In this document: positions 37,947 to 47,904 of the stretch, one piece after another
How positions within the stretch are numbered: the stretch's first letter is position 1
Layout: each line of letters starts with the position of its first letter
Source of the DNA: Acinetobacter phage vB_AbaM_B9
DNA length: 64,000 nt
Strand: one strand, 5' to 3'
Sequence record: MH133207.1
The notes under the pieces: model-generated
What the model was told of the DNA's origin: nothing
What the model saw: the letters and a program-made list of their open reading frames with translations, nothing else
Databases searched by the model: none
Program-made: the position numbers and the translations under genes

Positions 37947-38570
37947 ATGACTATATTAAACAAAGATTATGTTAGTGAAGCAAGAGAAGGTAGCTCTTCT
38001 CTTCTTAATCAGAGTCCGATATATCAAGCATTCTTATCTGCAATTATTGAATATTATGATGAACAGGAAAAGGATTTAATTTGGTTGTCTGAAAATCTCT
38101 TAAACGAAGATGTTGCTGAAAAGTGGCATTTAGATTTTATTGGGATGATTGTTGGGCAACCAAGACTGTTAGTTTCATTTAATACAGAACCTTATTTTGG
38201 ATTTGAAGGAAGTTATCAATCAGAGACTTTCTCAACAGCATCTAATCCTGAGCTTGGTGGTTATTGGAATGGTATGGATAACTTTAACACATCATCTGCT
38301 AGAAGATTGAATGATGAAGAATATCGAAGAGTAATTAAAGCAAGAGTTATTTTCAATAATAGTTTTTGTACAAGAAATGACTTGTTAAATGTAATTAATT
38401 TATTAACAGGTAATACATCTGCATCAATTACACAACCTAGTCATGGTTTATTAAAGATCAGAGCTATAGACACACAAGGATTGTTATCTTATTTCATGTC
38501 AAGAATAGATTTAGATGACAACATCCTACCTATTGCTCTAGGTGTTAGAGCAGAACAAGTGGAGGTATAA
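37947..38570 (+). CDS. baseplate tail protein I-like
   Basis: 207 aa, after the J-like gene. Confidence 0.45.
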   Translation: MTILNKDYVSEAREGSSSLLNQSPIYQAFLSAIIEYYDEQEKDLIWLSENLLNEDVAEKWHLDFIGMIVGQPRLLVSFNTEPYFGFEGSYQSETFSTASNPELGGYWNGMDNFNTSSARRLNDEEYRRVIKARVIFNNSFCTRNDLLNVINLLTGNTSASITQPSHGLLKIRAIDTQGLLSYFMSRIDLDDNILPIALGVRAEQVEV

Positions 38571-38571
38571 A

Positions 38572-39618
38572 ATGTCTGTAGTTAGCAGACCAGATTATTC
38601 AGTTGGTGTATGGGCATCAAATGGTGATATTGCAGCACCAACATCTGAAAAAATTGAGATTGGACATATTGTAGAAAAACCTCTTAAAGAGGTGATGAAT
38701 TGGATTCAGAATAGACAAGATCGTGGAATTGTCTATTTAATGCAACAAGGTATTTCTGATTGGGTTTCGACAGAAACTTACCCTTCAAACGCTTATGTTA
38801 AAAGAAGTGGTGTTATCTATAAAGCCTATACCCAAAATGAAGATCGCGACCCTTTATCAAATCCTGATATTTGGAAATTAGCATTTGATACATACGGTAG
38901 TGCAGCAGAAGTTCAGCTTGAAGTAGATAAGATTAAGAGTGAAGAAGGATATCTTGATTTATATGTAAGCAAAAACAATCCTATTTTAAATGCTAGAGCA
39001 GAAGGTGTTTCTTATGTTGCAGCAGAAGGTGTTCCAACTCTTACAAGTGATGAATATGGATATACTTTTAAAAATCATCTATTAAGTGGGCTATTTATCG
39101 CTGGTAATGATCCTGTTATATTAAAAGATGGTGCAGAAGTTGCTAGGTTCTCTACCCCAACAGACCCTAATGAATCTTCTAAGAAAGTTGTCACTATGGA
39201 CGTTTTGTTAGAATTTATCCAAACATATAAAGTTGGTGATATTTATATTACCACTCAGAATGAAAATCCATCTATCAGACTTGGTTACGGTGTTTGGGAA
39301 AGGTATGCTGAAGGAAAAGCTTTAGTTGGTTTCAGTTCATCCACTTCAAATCAAATCCCCGAGTGGGTTAAAACTGGAGGTGGTGAATATGGTGAATATT
39401 CTACTGTATTGGAAGCAAATCATTTACCTAAAAAAACTAACTACACTTATCAAAGATTCACCAACCAAACTTCAGGTGATATCGTAGTTGGTGGGATAGA
39501 CCCAAATGGTAATGCGAAATACAACAACATCGAACCTCTTGTAGGAACAGTCGGTGATCAACCGCACAATAATGTTCAACCATCAATTACCGTTTATGTT
39601 TGGCGAAGAATTAGTTAA
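38572..39618 (+). CDS. tail fibre or baseplate-attached protein
   Basis: ORF 38542..39618 trimmed to ATG 38572 after a GGAGG RBS. 348 aa. Confidence 0.4.
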   Translation: MSVVSRPDYSVGVWASNGDIAAPTSEKIEIGHIVEKPLKEVMNWIQNRQDRGIVYLMQQGISDWVSTETYPSNAYVKRSGVIYKAYTQNEDRDPLSNPDIWKLAFDTYGSAAEVQLEVDKIKSEEGYLDLYVSKNNPILNARAEGVSYVAAEGVPTLTSDEYGYTFKNHLLSGLFIAGNDPVILKDGAEVARFSTPTDPNESSKKVVTMDVLLEFIQTYKVGDIYITTQNENPSIRLGYGVWERYAEGKALVGFSSSTSNQIPEWVKTGGGEYGEYSTVLEANHLPKKTNYTYQRFTNQTSGDIVVGGIDPNGNAKYNNIEPLVGTVGDQPHNNVQPSITVYVWRRIS

Positions 39619-39640
39619 TAGTTAATCAAGGGGAAGATAA

Positions 39641-40039
39641 GTGGAAGGCACAAGCACCACATCTATTATAGGTCTACTAAAGTTTTTGTACCCTTCCTTA
39701 ATTGGAAGTGCTTTAGCAGTATGGTATAAAAGAAATGATGTAAAATGGAAGGATAAAACTTTAGGTGAGAAATTATTTTATAGCTTAGTAGGTATTGGTG
39801 CAATTGTTGTTGGTGTCTCTATTGGCTTAGCACTTGGAAATGCTCTTATTATCTACTTTGGACTTGTTGAATACTGGTATTGTTTCGGTGTTTATCTTTT
39901 TTCAAGTCTATCATCACTAAAACTATTAGATGCTGTTGTAAAAAATAGTGATGAAATATTATCAACTGTTTTTTCTGGTGTCAAGGACGTTGTAAAAACA
40001 TTCTTTGATGCCTTGACATCTAGGTGGAAAAATAAATGA
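39641..40039 (+). CDS. holin-like membrane protein
   Basis: 132 aa with 3-4 TM segments. GTG start. Immediately upstream of the endolysin. Confidence 0.45.
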   Translation: MEGTSTTSIIGLLKFLYPSLIGSALAVWYKRNDVKWKDKTLGEKLFYSLVGIGAIVVGVSIGLALGNALIIYFGLVEYWYCFGVYLFSSLSSLKLLDAVVKNSDEILSTVFSGVKDVVKTFFDALTSRWKNK

Positions 40040-40347
40040 TTATTTATATCGCTCTAATACAACTACTCCTTTTAATTAATACAATTATTATTTTCATATG
40101 TGAACATAGCCCACTTTGGGCTAACACATGGAAAAGTGTACTCATTCGATTCATTGTAGCAATTATCCTTTTAGTAATTGGTAACTATGTTCCATTACTT
40201 GCCTTGTTACCTTATTGGATTACATTTGTTGCTTTCTTCGTATCAATCATCACGACAGCAATGTTAATAAAATATGTAATGGTTGAATATTTTGAAAGAG
40301 TTAGAAGAGTTTCAAGAATACGGAGAAGAAATAAAAATGAAGATTAA
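40036..40347 (+). CDS. holin or antiholin-like membrane protein
   Basis: 103 aa with 3 TM segments and a highly basic C-terminus RVRRVSRIRRRNKNED. ATGA overlap. Confidence 0.45.
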   Translation: MIIYIALIQLLLLINTIIIFICEHSPLWANTWKSVLIRFIVAIILLVIGNYVPLLALLPYWITFVAFFVSIITTAMLIKYVMVEYFERVRRVSRIRRRNKNED

Positions 40348-40933
40348 TTTTGATAAAATTAGAAATTCACTATTTGGTGGAAAATTAAAACAAACACAAG
40401 TTGATGGTATCAACTCAATTCTAGAATCAATCAATAAACATGGTATTTCTAAAGAACAGGCTGCATATGTTTTTGCTACTGTTTATCACGAAACAGCTAG
40501 AACCATGCAACCAATTGAAGAGTATGGTAAAGGAAAAGGTAGACCATACGGAACTTGGTATAAGAATTCTAAAGGTGAGTTATTCTCTTGGAAGAATGGT
40601 AATAAGAACACAGCTTATTTATACAAAGATTATCCACACCTATATTATGGACGCTCATTTCCACAACTGACATGGTTTGATAATTACGAAAAAGCTGGAA
40701 AGATTCTTGGTGTTGATTTTCTAAGAAATCCTTCATTAGTTATGGACTTAAAATATGCATCTGAAATCCTAGTTGTAGGGATGATGGATGGGTGGTTCAC
40801 ACATAAGAAATTATCAGACTATATTAATCATTCTAAAAAAGATTATTACAACGCAAGAAGAATCATAAACGGAACAGATAAAGCAGCATTAATTGCTGAA
40901 TATGCTTCTGAGTTTGAAGACGCATTATTTTAA
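40337..40933 (+). CDS. endolysin, GH19 chitinase-like
   Basis: ORF 40283..40933 trimmed to ATG 40337 after a GGAGAAG RBS. Motifs AAYVFATVYHETA and YYGRSFPQLTW match GH19 endolysins. Confidence 0.6.
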   Translation: MKINFDKIRNSLFGGKLKQTQVDGINSILESINKHGISKEQAAYVFATVYHETARTMQPIEEYGKGKGRPYGTWYKNSKGELFSWKNGNKNTAYLYKDYPHLYYGRSFPQLTWFDNYEKAGKILGVDFLRNPSLVMDLKYASEILVVGMMDGWFTHKKLSDYINHSKKDYYNARRIINGTDKAALIAEYASEFEDALF

Positions 40934-40942
40934 GAGGGAAAA

Positions 40943-43576
40943 ATGGCTAGTACAAAAATACAAAATCTTCCACTAAAAGCTCCCATGGGAGCAATGAAGA
41001 TTCCTACAGGTGGCTTTGGTGACTACAGTATTACAGTCGGTAGTATTGGAGATTTTATTATTGATACATTCAATCTAGCCACTAAAGATTATGTAGATAC
41101 TTTACTTTTAGAAAAAGAAGGTAGAATTGATACGACAGGAGTATTTCTTACTCCTGTATCACAAAATTCAAGTGTTCCTGATACTACTAACGATGTAATT
41201 GATGAAGTTGCTCAAGCACTATTAAACAGAATTGAATATGTTAAAGACAACTTTAGTGCTGCACCTTCCCACAATGAATTAACAGGAAGAAGTGCTTCTG
41301 GTGCACACCCATCTACTTCTATTTCACACAAGTCTGGAACTGTTTATACGTATTTATCAAATGTTGAATCTGATATTAATACAATTAATAATGTTACAAT
41401 TCCTACTATCAATCAATCAATTGGTTTAAAGCAAGATCAGATTACAACAACAGGAACATTAACCGGTACACCTGAAGAGACTGGTATTAATTCAGTTTCT
41501 CATGTTGGTATTAATGGTGCGCTACAAGGTTTATTAAACAGAATTCTGTTTAATAAAAATCACAGTAATTTAACAAATAGAAGTGATGAAAATTCACATC
41601 CATCTTCTGCAATCCAAGACGGACAAGAAACTCAAAAAATAATCAATGATAAAAATATAAGAAAATTAGATTCGATTTCTGATTTAGAAACTTATAATCC
41701 AAGAACTAATTATCAAGTAGTTTATGTAAAATCTTATTCTAGTTCAACAAATTTTGGTGGTGGTCATTTTGTTTTTTTAGCAAATGATACAACAACCACA
41801 AACGGAGTTAATGTTTTTTCAGCCATTGGTGGAAGATGGCAAAGATTGAATTGGAAAAATCCAACAATTCACGATGTGGGGTTAGTTGGTAATGAATCTG
41901 ATGCTACTCTGAAATTCCAAGCACTTGTAGATGCTGCATCAAATTTAAAACTAAAAGTTAACTTATTAGGAAAATCTATTAAAATCACAAAATTAGATAT
42001 TCCTAGTGATATGTATCTTTTTAACGGTACACTAGATGCTACATCTAGTACATGGCAAAATACATATGGTCGTGCAGCATTAATGTTAAAAAATACAGAT
42101 CGAAATGCTGTTGGTGTTGACTACGAAATATCTGAATATTATGCACCGTTATCAACTATTGAAAATATAACTTTTGAAGATATTACTTTTAAGGCAATCA
42201 CTTTAATCGGAATATTTTTTAAATTTAAAAACCTAAATTATATTAGATGCAAGGGGTATTGGACTCAACAAAATCTATTTAAGTTTATTGGTGGTTGGAA
42301 TGGCACTCCTTTAGTAAATGACACTCCAACTTCATATAATCTTGTAGATCCTATAAATGGTAGATGTGAATACATTAATATTCACGATTGTTATTGGTTT
42401 GGTGGTTACACTAATAATGATTTTTCCAGCCCATTCCGATTTATTGCTTGTGGTAAAGTAAATATTAGCGGTGGTATTAATGATAGTCCACTTGGTTTTC
42501 ATATCGATATATATAATAAGGATTTTACTTTAACAAATGCAGATTATATAAACAGTAATGATCAAATTGTTATTGATGTAGCTAACGGGACAGCACATCC
42601 TGACATGATGGCTTTGTATGTTGGGCAAAACTCTTACAACATTAATGTCTTTGGTGGTTCGTGGAGAAATTTTGGTAAAAAAGCAGCATACCTAGAATGT
42701 TGTTCAAAAGTTAACATAAACGGAGTTATTGCAGAAGTTACTGTTGATAACAATGTAGCCAGTTTTATTGACTTACAACCAAACTGGAAGAATAACACCA
42801 ATACGATATGGGGTAATGTTTCAGACATTACTGTTAATAATTGCACATCAAAAGGTACAAAATACGGCATTCAGTGTAACCCTTATCAAGGTGTTAAGTC
42901 TCTTAGAAATATATACATTACTGATAATAACATTATTACATATTCTGTTTTTGAATCAGTAACATTAATTGGTGTTGAAAACTATATTATTAAAAATAAT
43001 AATTGTAAAGGTTCTTTATTTATAGGTCAAAATAATACTAAAGGTGAAATTATTAATTCAAAATTTTACAATCAATCAAATTTTGCATTATATATTTCAG
43101 ATCAAGTTGATGGTGAATTACCAAAACTACTAAACAATAGCTTTATTGTAGATTCTGGTTCAACAATATACAACAACGGTGGATCAAGTAAATCTGGTTC
43201 AATTGTTGGTGGTATATTAAAATCAGGAGCAGGGTCTACAATTATGGAATTAGGTGTAGCTGCAAACTTAGTTGCTTATGACTTTGAAAATGGTATAACA
43301 CAAAGAACACAGAATTTTAGTCAAAATATAAATGTACCTGCAAATTCTACATCCTCTACAATAACAAAAACAATAGATGGCGTTAAAGAAGGTTGGATTG
43401 CATCAATTAACGTACATGGAATTGTTGCTCTTGGTTATGACCTTACTTTTATTGTTTCTTGTGAAAATAATGGTATAGCATTCAAAGTTAAGAATAACTC
43501 TAGTACCGCTGTTAACTTTAATCCGAATTTGTTGTTAAGACTAAATTCATTTGCTGATCAAGTATTTAAAAATTAG
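40943..43576 (+). CDS. tail fibre or tailspike with beta-helix repeats
   Basis: 877 aa. N-terminal anchor domain shared with the next gene. Central Asn/Gly-rich repeats typical of pectate-lyase-like beta-helix. Confidence 0.55.
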   Translation: MASTKIQNLPLKAPMGAMKIPTGGFGDYSITVGSIGDFIIDTFNLATKDYVDTLLLEKEGRIDTTGVFLTPVSQNSSVPDTTNDVIDEVAQALLNRIEYVKDNFSAAPSHNELTGRSASGAHPSTSISHKSGTVYTYLSNVESDINTINNVTIPTINQSIGLKQDQITTTGTLTGTPEETGINSVSHVGINGALQGLLNRILFNKNHSNLTNRSDENSHPSSAIQDGQETQKIINDKNIRKLDSISDLETYNPRTNYQVVYVKSYSSSTNFGGGHFVFLANDTTTTNGVNVFSAIGGRWQRLNWKNPTIHDVGLVGNESDATLKFQALVDAASNLKLKVNLLGKSIKITKLDIPSDMYLFNGTLDATSSTWQNTYGRAALMLKNTDRNAVGVDYEISEYYAPLSTIENITFEDITFKAITLIGIFFKFKNLNYIRCKGYWTQQNLFKFIGGWNGTPLVNDTPTSYNLVDPINGRCEYINIHDCYWFGGYTNNDFSSPFRFIACGKVNISGGINDSPLGFHIDIYNKDFTLTNADYINSNDQIVIDVANGTAHPDMMALYVGQNSYNINVFGGSWRNFGKKAAYLECCSKVNINGVIAEVTVDNNVASFIDLQPNWKNNTNTIWGNVSDITVNNCTSKGTKYGIQCNPYQGVKSLRNIYITDNNIITYSVFESVTLIGVENYIIKNNNCKGSLFIGQNNTKGEIINSKFYNQSNFALYISDQVDGELPKLLNNSFIVDSGSTIYNNGGSSKSGSIVGGILKSGAGSTIMELGVAANLVAYDFENGITQRTQNFSQNINVPANSTSSTITKTIDGVKEGWIASINVHGIVALGYDLTFIVSCENNGIAFKVKNNSSTAVNFNPNLLLRLNSFADQVFKN

Positions 43577-43584
43577 GAAAATAT

Positions 43585-44460
43585 ATGGCAGATTTAAGAA
43601 TTGCTGATGCTCCAGAAATAGCATTAGAAAATATTACAGGAAATGAAAAAATTCCTACTGGTGGTTATGGTAATTCAGCAGTCACCATTAATAATTTAGG
43701 GCAGTTTGCAAAAACTGCTTTATCTTTAGCAACAGAATCATATGTTTCAAATACTGTTGGTCAAAAAGAAGATAAAATGATATTAACAGGTGTAAATTTA
43801 ACACCTTCATCAACATATTCTGATATTCCACAAACAAATGTCACTGTCTTAAATACGATTCATCAAGACTTATTGAATCGTATGGAGTGGATTAAAGATA
43901 ATGTTGCTGTTATCACCGACCACCAAGCTCTACAGAACAGGAATGCTAGTAATACACATCCAAGCACATCAATTTCACACAACGGAACATCCAATGTTTC
44001 TATTGAAATTGAAGAGTTAAAGAATGATGTATTAACAATTAATACAGAAACTATTCCTGAATTAAACAATACAATTGTTGGAAAACAAGATGTAATTGTC
44101 AATGATGTTAATTTAACACCGACTTCTGTTTTAAGTCCTGTACCTTCAACCAATAACCCATCTTTAAATTCATCTCTACAAGCTCTGATGAATAGGATTG
44201 AATATTATAGAGTTGGAGTTAGGTTTACAGGAAATTATGATTTTCCATCTGTAACAGCAGGTCAACAAGTATCAACAACAATCATCACAACAGGTTTGGT
44301 TGTTGGAGATCATGTTTCTGTCACACTCAGTGTTCCTCTACAAGGTTGTGCAATTAGGGGTGAAGTTACCAGTTCTAATACAACAACAGTTTACTTATTC
44401 AATCCAACAGGAGCTAGTGTTGACTTAGGTTCAGCAACCATATCAGTTCTTAAATTATAA
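43585..44460 (+). CDS. second tail fibre (paralog with shared N-terminus)
   Basis: 291 aa. N-terminal 120 aa align with 40943..43576 (IPTGG, LLNR-EYVKDN, HPSTSISH). C-terminus divergent. Confidence 0.5.
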   Translation: MADLRIADAPEIALENITGNEKIPTGGYGNSAVTINNLGQFAKTALSLATESYVSNTVGQKEDKMILTGVNLTPSSTYSDIPQTNVTVLNTIHQDLLNRMEWIKDNVAVITDHQALQNRNASNTHPSTSISHNGTSNVSIEIEELKNDVLTINTETIPELNNTIVGKQDVIVNDVNLTPTSVLSPVPSTNNPSLNSSLQALMNRIEYYRVGVRFTGNYDFPSVTAGQQVSTTIITTGLVVGDHVSVTLSVPLQGCAIRGEVTSSNTTTVYLFNPTGASVDLGSATISVLKL

Positions 44461-44465
44461 AATAA

Positions 44466-44499
44466 AAGACAACTATCATTTTTGATAGTTGTCTTTTTT
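44466..44499 (+). terminator. strong intrinsic terminator
   Basis: 13-bp stem AAGACAACTATCA/TGATAGTTGTCTT followed by a T-run. Confidence 0.7.
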
Positions 44500-44637
44500 A
44501 CGTCTATTGTTTTATCAAAATGATAAAATCGAATTTATCAAATAGATTTACTATAGTTCATTTTGAATTACTGTAGTTCACATTGATAATTTGTTTAATA
44601 AGATAAATAGGTTTTAAATATGTTCTAAATAAGAGAT

Positions 44638-44666
44638 TTGACAAAAGAAAAAGAAGTGACTATCAT
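44638..44666 (+). promoter_or_regulatory. promoter TTGACA-N17-TATCAT
   Basis: -35 at 44638-44643 and -10 at 44661-44666. Upstream of the DNA-binding protein gene. Preceded by two TAGTTCA-containing direct repeats. Confidence 0.45.
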
Positions 44667-44694
44667 TCGATTTGTTTTGTTGTAGGAGGTGTTT

Positions 44695-45573
44695 GTGTTT
44701 AAAGGTTTAATTTCAGAAGTAGCAAAAGATGCGGGTCGTAGTGCAGCATTAATAATTAATCAATTATTTCAATGGTATAAAGGAAGTAATTCAAAAAAGA
44801 TTTACCGTACAAATCAAGAGTTACATGATGATTTGTGTGGAATCATGTCTACAGCAACAATTCAACGTTGTAAAAAAAGATTGATTGAGAAAGGTTATAT
44901 TGAAGTTTCTTTTGATAAAGGTTTGAATCGTGTAACTCACTATTCACTTACAAAGAAAGCTTTAGAATTATTGGATAGCTCTAAAACATCTTCAGAAGCC
45001 CATAGTGAGAAAAAAGAAGGAAAAGGTAGTGATATGCCACACACTCCTAAAACATCTCCACAACGTGCTAAAACAGGTGTTAAAAAGGGTGTTATTGCAC
45101 ACTCATGTGGAAATGTTAAATCAATGCAAGAATGTTTTGAAGAAGGAAGTGATAATAAGAATGCAGATCGTTCTTTAACGCTATCTGAACGACTAGCTCT
45201 TATGAAGGGAGAAAAGATTGATTTAAACAATCGTAATGAAGATTTAGAGCAATGTTTAGATAAAAGTGGTACAAACGTACCAGACAATACTAAAACTGTC
45301 TCTACGGAGCTTACAGACGACTTAAATGAGATGTGTAATGGTAACGAAGAAGATGAATACTTAAACACTCTATCACAACAGGATTACGATGAATGTGATC
45401 TTGCTATGTTGAATGCTTTGAATAAGCAACAAGAACATTTGACAGATGATAAGTTGACTGTTGGTCAATTATTAGGTAATATTGGTTCTGTATATAAATC
45501 AGGTGTGTCAGAAGCTAGAGAAAGAATCTATCAGATGTCACAATTACAAAATGGTTATGTGGAGGATTATTAA
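44695..45573 (+). CDS. DNA-binding protein (possible transcription regulator)
   Basis: GTG start 5 nt after GGAGG. N-terminal HTH-like segment. Acidic C-terminal half. Confidence 0.4.
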   Translation: MFKGLISEVAKDAGRSAALIINQLFQWYKGSNSKKIYRTNQELHDDLCGIMSTATIQRCKKRLIEKGYIEVSFDKGLNRVTHYSLTKKALELLDSSKTSSEAHSEKKEGKGSDMPHTPKTSPQRAKTGVKKGVIAHSCGNVKSMQECFEEGSDNKNADRSLTLSERLALMKGEKIDLNNRNEDLEQCLDKSGTNVPDNTKTVSTELTDDLNEMCNGNEEDEYLNTLSQQDYDECDLAMLNALNKQQEHLTDDKLTVGQLLGNIGSVYKSGVSEARERIYQMSQLQNGYVEDY

Positions 45574-45788
45574 TGTTACCAATACATTGGGATATTGATG
45601 ATATAGGAGAATTCATTATTGAGGAATTGGTTTTAAACCATTTTAATTATGATTCATTTTTATCAGAAGTTGTTCTTGCAGATGTATATCAAGAATCGAG
45701 ATCAGCTTACATTTTAACACTATTAGCTAATGAGATAGGTAAAGAAAGTAAGCATGTTAGAATCAGAGTTGAAGTTGAGGATTATTAA
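45573..45788 (+). CDS. hypothetical protein
   Basis: ORF track, 71 aa. Confidence 0.4.
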   Translation: MLPIHWDIDDIGEFIIEELVLNHFNYDSFLSEVVLADVYQESRSAYILTLLANEIGKESKHVRIRVEVEDY

Positions 45789-45970
45789 TGAGAGAATATA
45801 CAGAAGTTTCAATTGGTACTGGATTCTATTACAGAGAAATGGTTGTACCGAAAGATGAAGTTCGTAAATTTATTAAAGAAGGTTGGAAAATTACACGATT
45901 TGCTAAAGTACAACCAAAAAAAGTTTATGATAAGTGGAAAAATGCAATTGATGCTATGGAGTCTGAGTAA
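45788..45970 (+). CDS. hypothetical protein
   Basis: ORF track, 60 aa. Confidence 0.35.
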   Translation: MREYTEVSIGTGFYYREMVVPKDEVRKFIKEGWKITRFAKVQPKKVYDKWKNAIDAMESE

Positions 45971-46167
45971 TGCAAGGTTTAGAATTTTCTTTACTTCAAC
46001 GTAAAGGTAAGTGTAAAGAGTGTAATGCAGAACTTCCTGTCGGTACAAAGACAGTGATTATTGGTTCATTCAGTAATAAATATAGATATTGTTTAAGTTG
46101 TTTTGCTTATAATATTCAGAAACATTGTTATATTATAATTAATGATGGTGAATTGATTTTGGAGTGA
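45970..46167 (+). CDS. small zinc-ribbon protein
   Basis: CKECNAELPVG...CLSC pairs. 65 aa. Confidence 0.4.
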   Translation: MQGLEFSLLQRKGKCKECNAELPVGTKTVIIGSFSNKYRYCLSCFAYNIQKHCYIIINDGELILE

Positions 46168-46170
46168 GTT

Positions 46171-46362
46171 ATGAACAGCATTCTACATGAAAACACAAGA
46201 TATATTGTTACATCTGAAATCTTATGGGATGATAAAGAATGGTTTTATATTCAGATGAAGTTTGATACAATGTCACCACTAACTGTCGATGTTAGAGAAA
46301 CATTGGAAGAAGCTGTTTATTATGCTGATATTATGGAGAGGTTTTATAATGAGCAATATTAA
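46171..46362 (+). CDS. hypothetical protein
   Basis: ORF track, 63 aa. Confidence 0.4.
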   Translation: MNSILHENTRYIVTSEILWDDKEWFYIQMKFDTMSPLTVDVRETLEEAVYYADIMERFYNEQY

Positions 46363-46936
46363 AAATATTGACATATGTGAAGTTAAGAAAGATGTAGCTG
46401 ATAAGCTATTAGAAGCTGTAGATATTGTTGATACAGCAGAGGGTGAGAGACAAAGACTATTATATGCTAATTTGGTTGCTAATTACGATAGTATTGAAGC
46501 TGTATTATTTACACTAAATCATTGTGTTGATACATCATCATTAGGGTTTTACTTTGGCAATAAGAGAAAGATGAATGTACGATATTTATTGGGTGATGTG
46601 AATGAATACAATAGGTTGAAAGGTTTGGATTTACCTGTGTTGCACGATGCACATGTTAATCATAAAGATTTCTTATATTTCATTAATTCAATTACGACAG
46701 ACATCTTTGGTGAAGATTATGTTTATGAATTCTGTTGGGATGATTGGGAGAATTATTTATTATGGAAAGATGATACGATTGTAGAGTATTTAAAGTATCA
46801 AGGTTATCCTACTTTAAAGTCACTTGCTTTACCAGCTATTGTATTCTTTCCTTTCACTATCTTATTCTTTATTGTTATGATTATTTGTTTAGTGTTTGAA
46901 AAGAAGATTAGTTTAAAGACAAGGAATTTAATATGA
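46349..46936 (+). CDS. hypothetical protein with C-terminal TM anchor
   Basis: ORF 46289..46936 trimmed to ATG 46349 after a GGAGAGG RBS. C-terminal hydrophobic helix. Confidence 0.45.
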   Translation: MSNIKNIDICEVKKDVADKLLEAVDIVDTAEGERQRLLYANLVANYDSIEAVLFTLNHCVDTSSLGFYFGNKRKMNVRYLLGDVNEYNRLKGLDLPVLHDAHVNHKDFLYFINSITTDIFGEDYVYEFCWDDWENYLLWKDDTIVEYLKYQGYPTLKSLALPAIVFFPFTILFFIVMIICLVFEKKISLKTRNLI

Positions 46937-47050
46937 TTTTTAATGTGTTATTCTTATATCCCATAACATTCATTACATTAATGTTATGTAGCAATCTAAA
47001 GATTGACATTAAGGAATTATTATTTCGTTTCACTCATAATAACATATTCA

Positions 47051-47099
47051 CCCCTTGACCCCTTGATACATAATAACATGTCAAGACTAGGAGTCAAGT
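47051..47099. promoter_or_regulatory. array of four TTGAC half-sites in inverted arrangement
   Basis: CCCCTTGACCCCTTGATACATAATAACATGTCAAGACTAGGAGTCAAG: two direct CTTGA[CT] and two inverted GTCAAG. Confidence 0.45.
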
Positions 47100-47143
47100 A
47101 TTTTTACAAAAAATAACAAATATATTTAATTATTGTTTGTTAT

Positions 47144-47171
47144 TTGTAAAATGTGTAGAATTTTCTATAGT
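47144..47171 (+). promoter_or_regulatory. promoter TTGTAA-N16-TATAGT
   Basis: -10 TATAGT shared with the promoters at 14522 and 49566. Leader TAGGAGGTGTTTATG matches the leader at 44682. Confidence 0.4.
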
Positions 47172-47201
47172 TGTTTGGTAGTTTATAAGTAGGAGGTGTT
47201 T

Positions 47202-47576
47202 ATGAAAGAATTATTTATTGAGTTGGCGTACAAAAAGTCTTGGGGTAGGAATGAGATTTTAAAGTTGAATTTTGACAGTGTGTTACTGCATAATTTATCT
47301 TCATCATTTGAAAAACCTGTAGTGAGTCGAGGAGATGCTATGTTTTATCTTCTCTGTATATTAAGAAAAGATGTGTTAGATACAAATTTAATTATGTTAA
47401 TTAAGTATTTTAAGACGATTTCTTCTAATCTTGATAAGGATGAAGTGATTAGCGCATGTTTAACGTATGATATTGACAGAATATTGTTATTAAACTTTGA
47501 GAAAACATTGAGAGCTAGAAATAGTAAAAGACATTTACAAGATAAAATTTTACTTTGCTACAAAGATTTAATTTAA
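47202..47576 (+). CDS. hypothetical protein
   Basis: ATG 47202 after TAGGAGGTG. 124 aa. Confidence 0.45.
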   Translation: MKELFIELAYKKSWGRNEILKLNFDSVLLHNLSSSFEKPVVSRGDAMFYLLCILRKDVLDTNLIMLIKYFKTISSNLDKDEVISACLTYDIDRILLLNFEKTLRARNSKRHLQDKILLCYKDLI

Positions 47577-47652
47577 GTAGGATTTATTATGAATTTTATA
47601 CCAGAAGATCATTTAGATCAGATTGAAACAATGTTAATGAATGGAGAAAGGT

Positions 47653-47904
47653 ATGACACAAGAAATTGAAAGACAAGCTATAAAATCATTTACAGAAGCT
47701 TTGTTGGCTATTAATGGAGCTTTGTTGAAGTCTGGTAGTAATAAGGATGAAGCTGTTATTATGTTGCCCAAAGAAGACTTCAACTATTTTTTTACAGTGT
47801 TGCAGTATCCAAATTCACCAGCAAGTAAGTTTTTCAAATACGATCCACAAGATTTAAATGAGTTTACTTTAGCTGGAATTAAAGTTAGGAGTTTTGGTAA
47901 ATGA
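47653..47904 (+). CDS. hypothetical protein
   Basis: ORF 47641..47904. The second ATG has a better GGAGAAAGG RBS. Confidence 0.4.
   Translation: MTQEIERQAIKSFTEALLAINGALLKSGSNKDEAVIMLPKEDFNYFFTVLQYPNSPASKFFKYDPQDLNEFTLAGIKVRSFGK

Noticed and set aside
47590-47667. 26-aa ORF upstream of 47653..47904
   Set aside because: Too short, no RBS. Likely a leader sequence.
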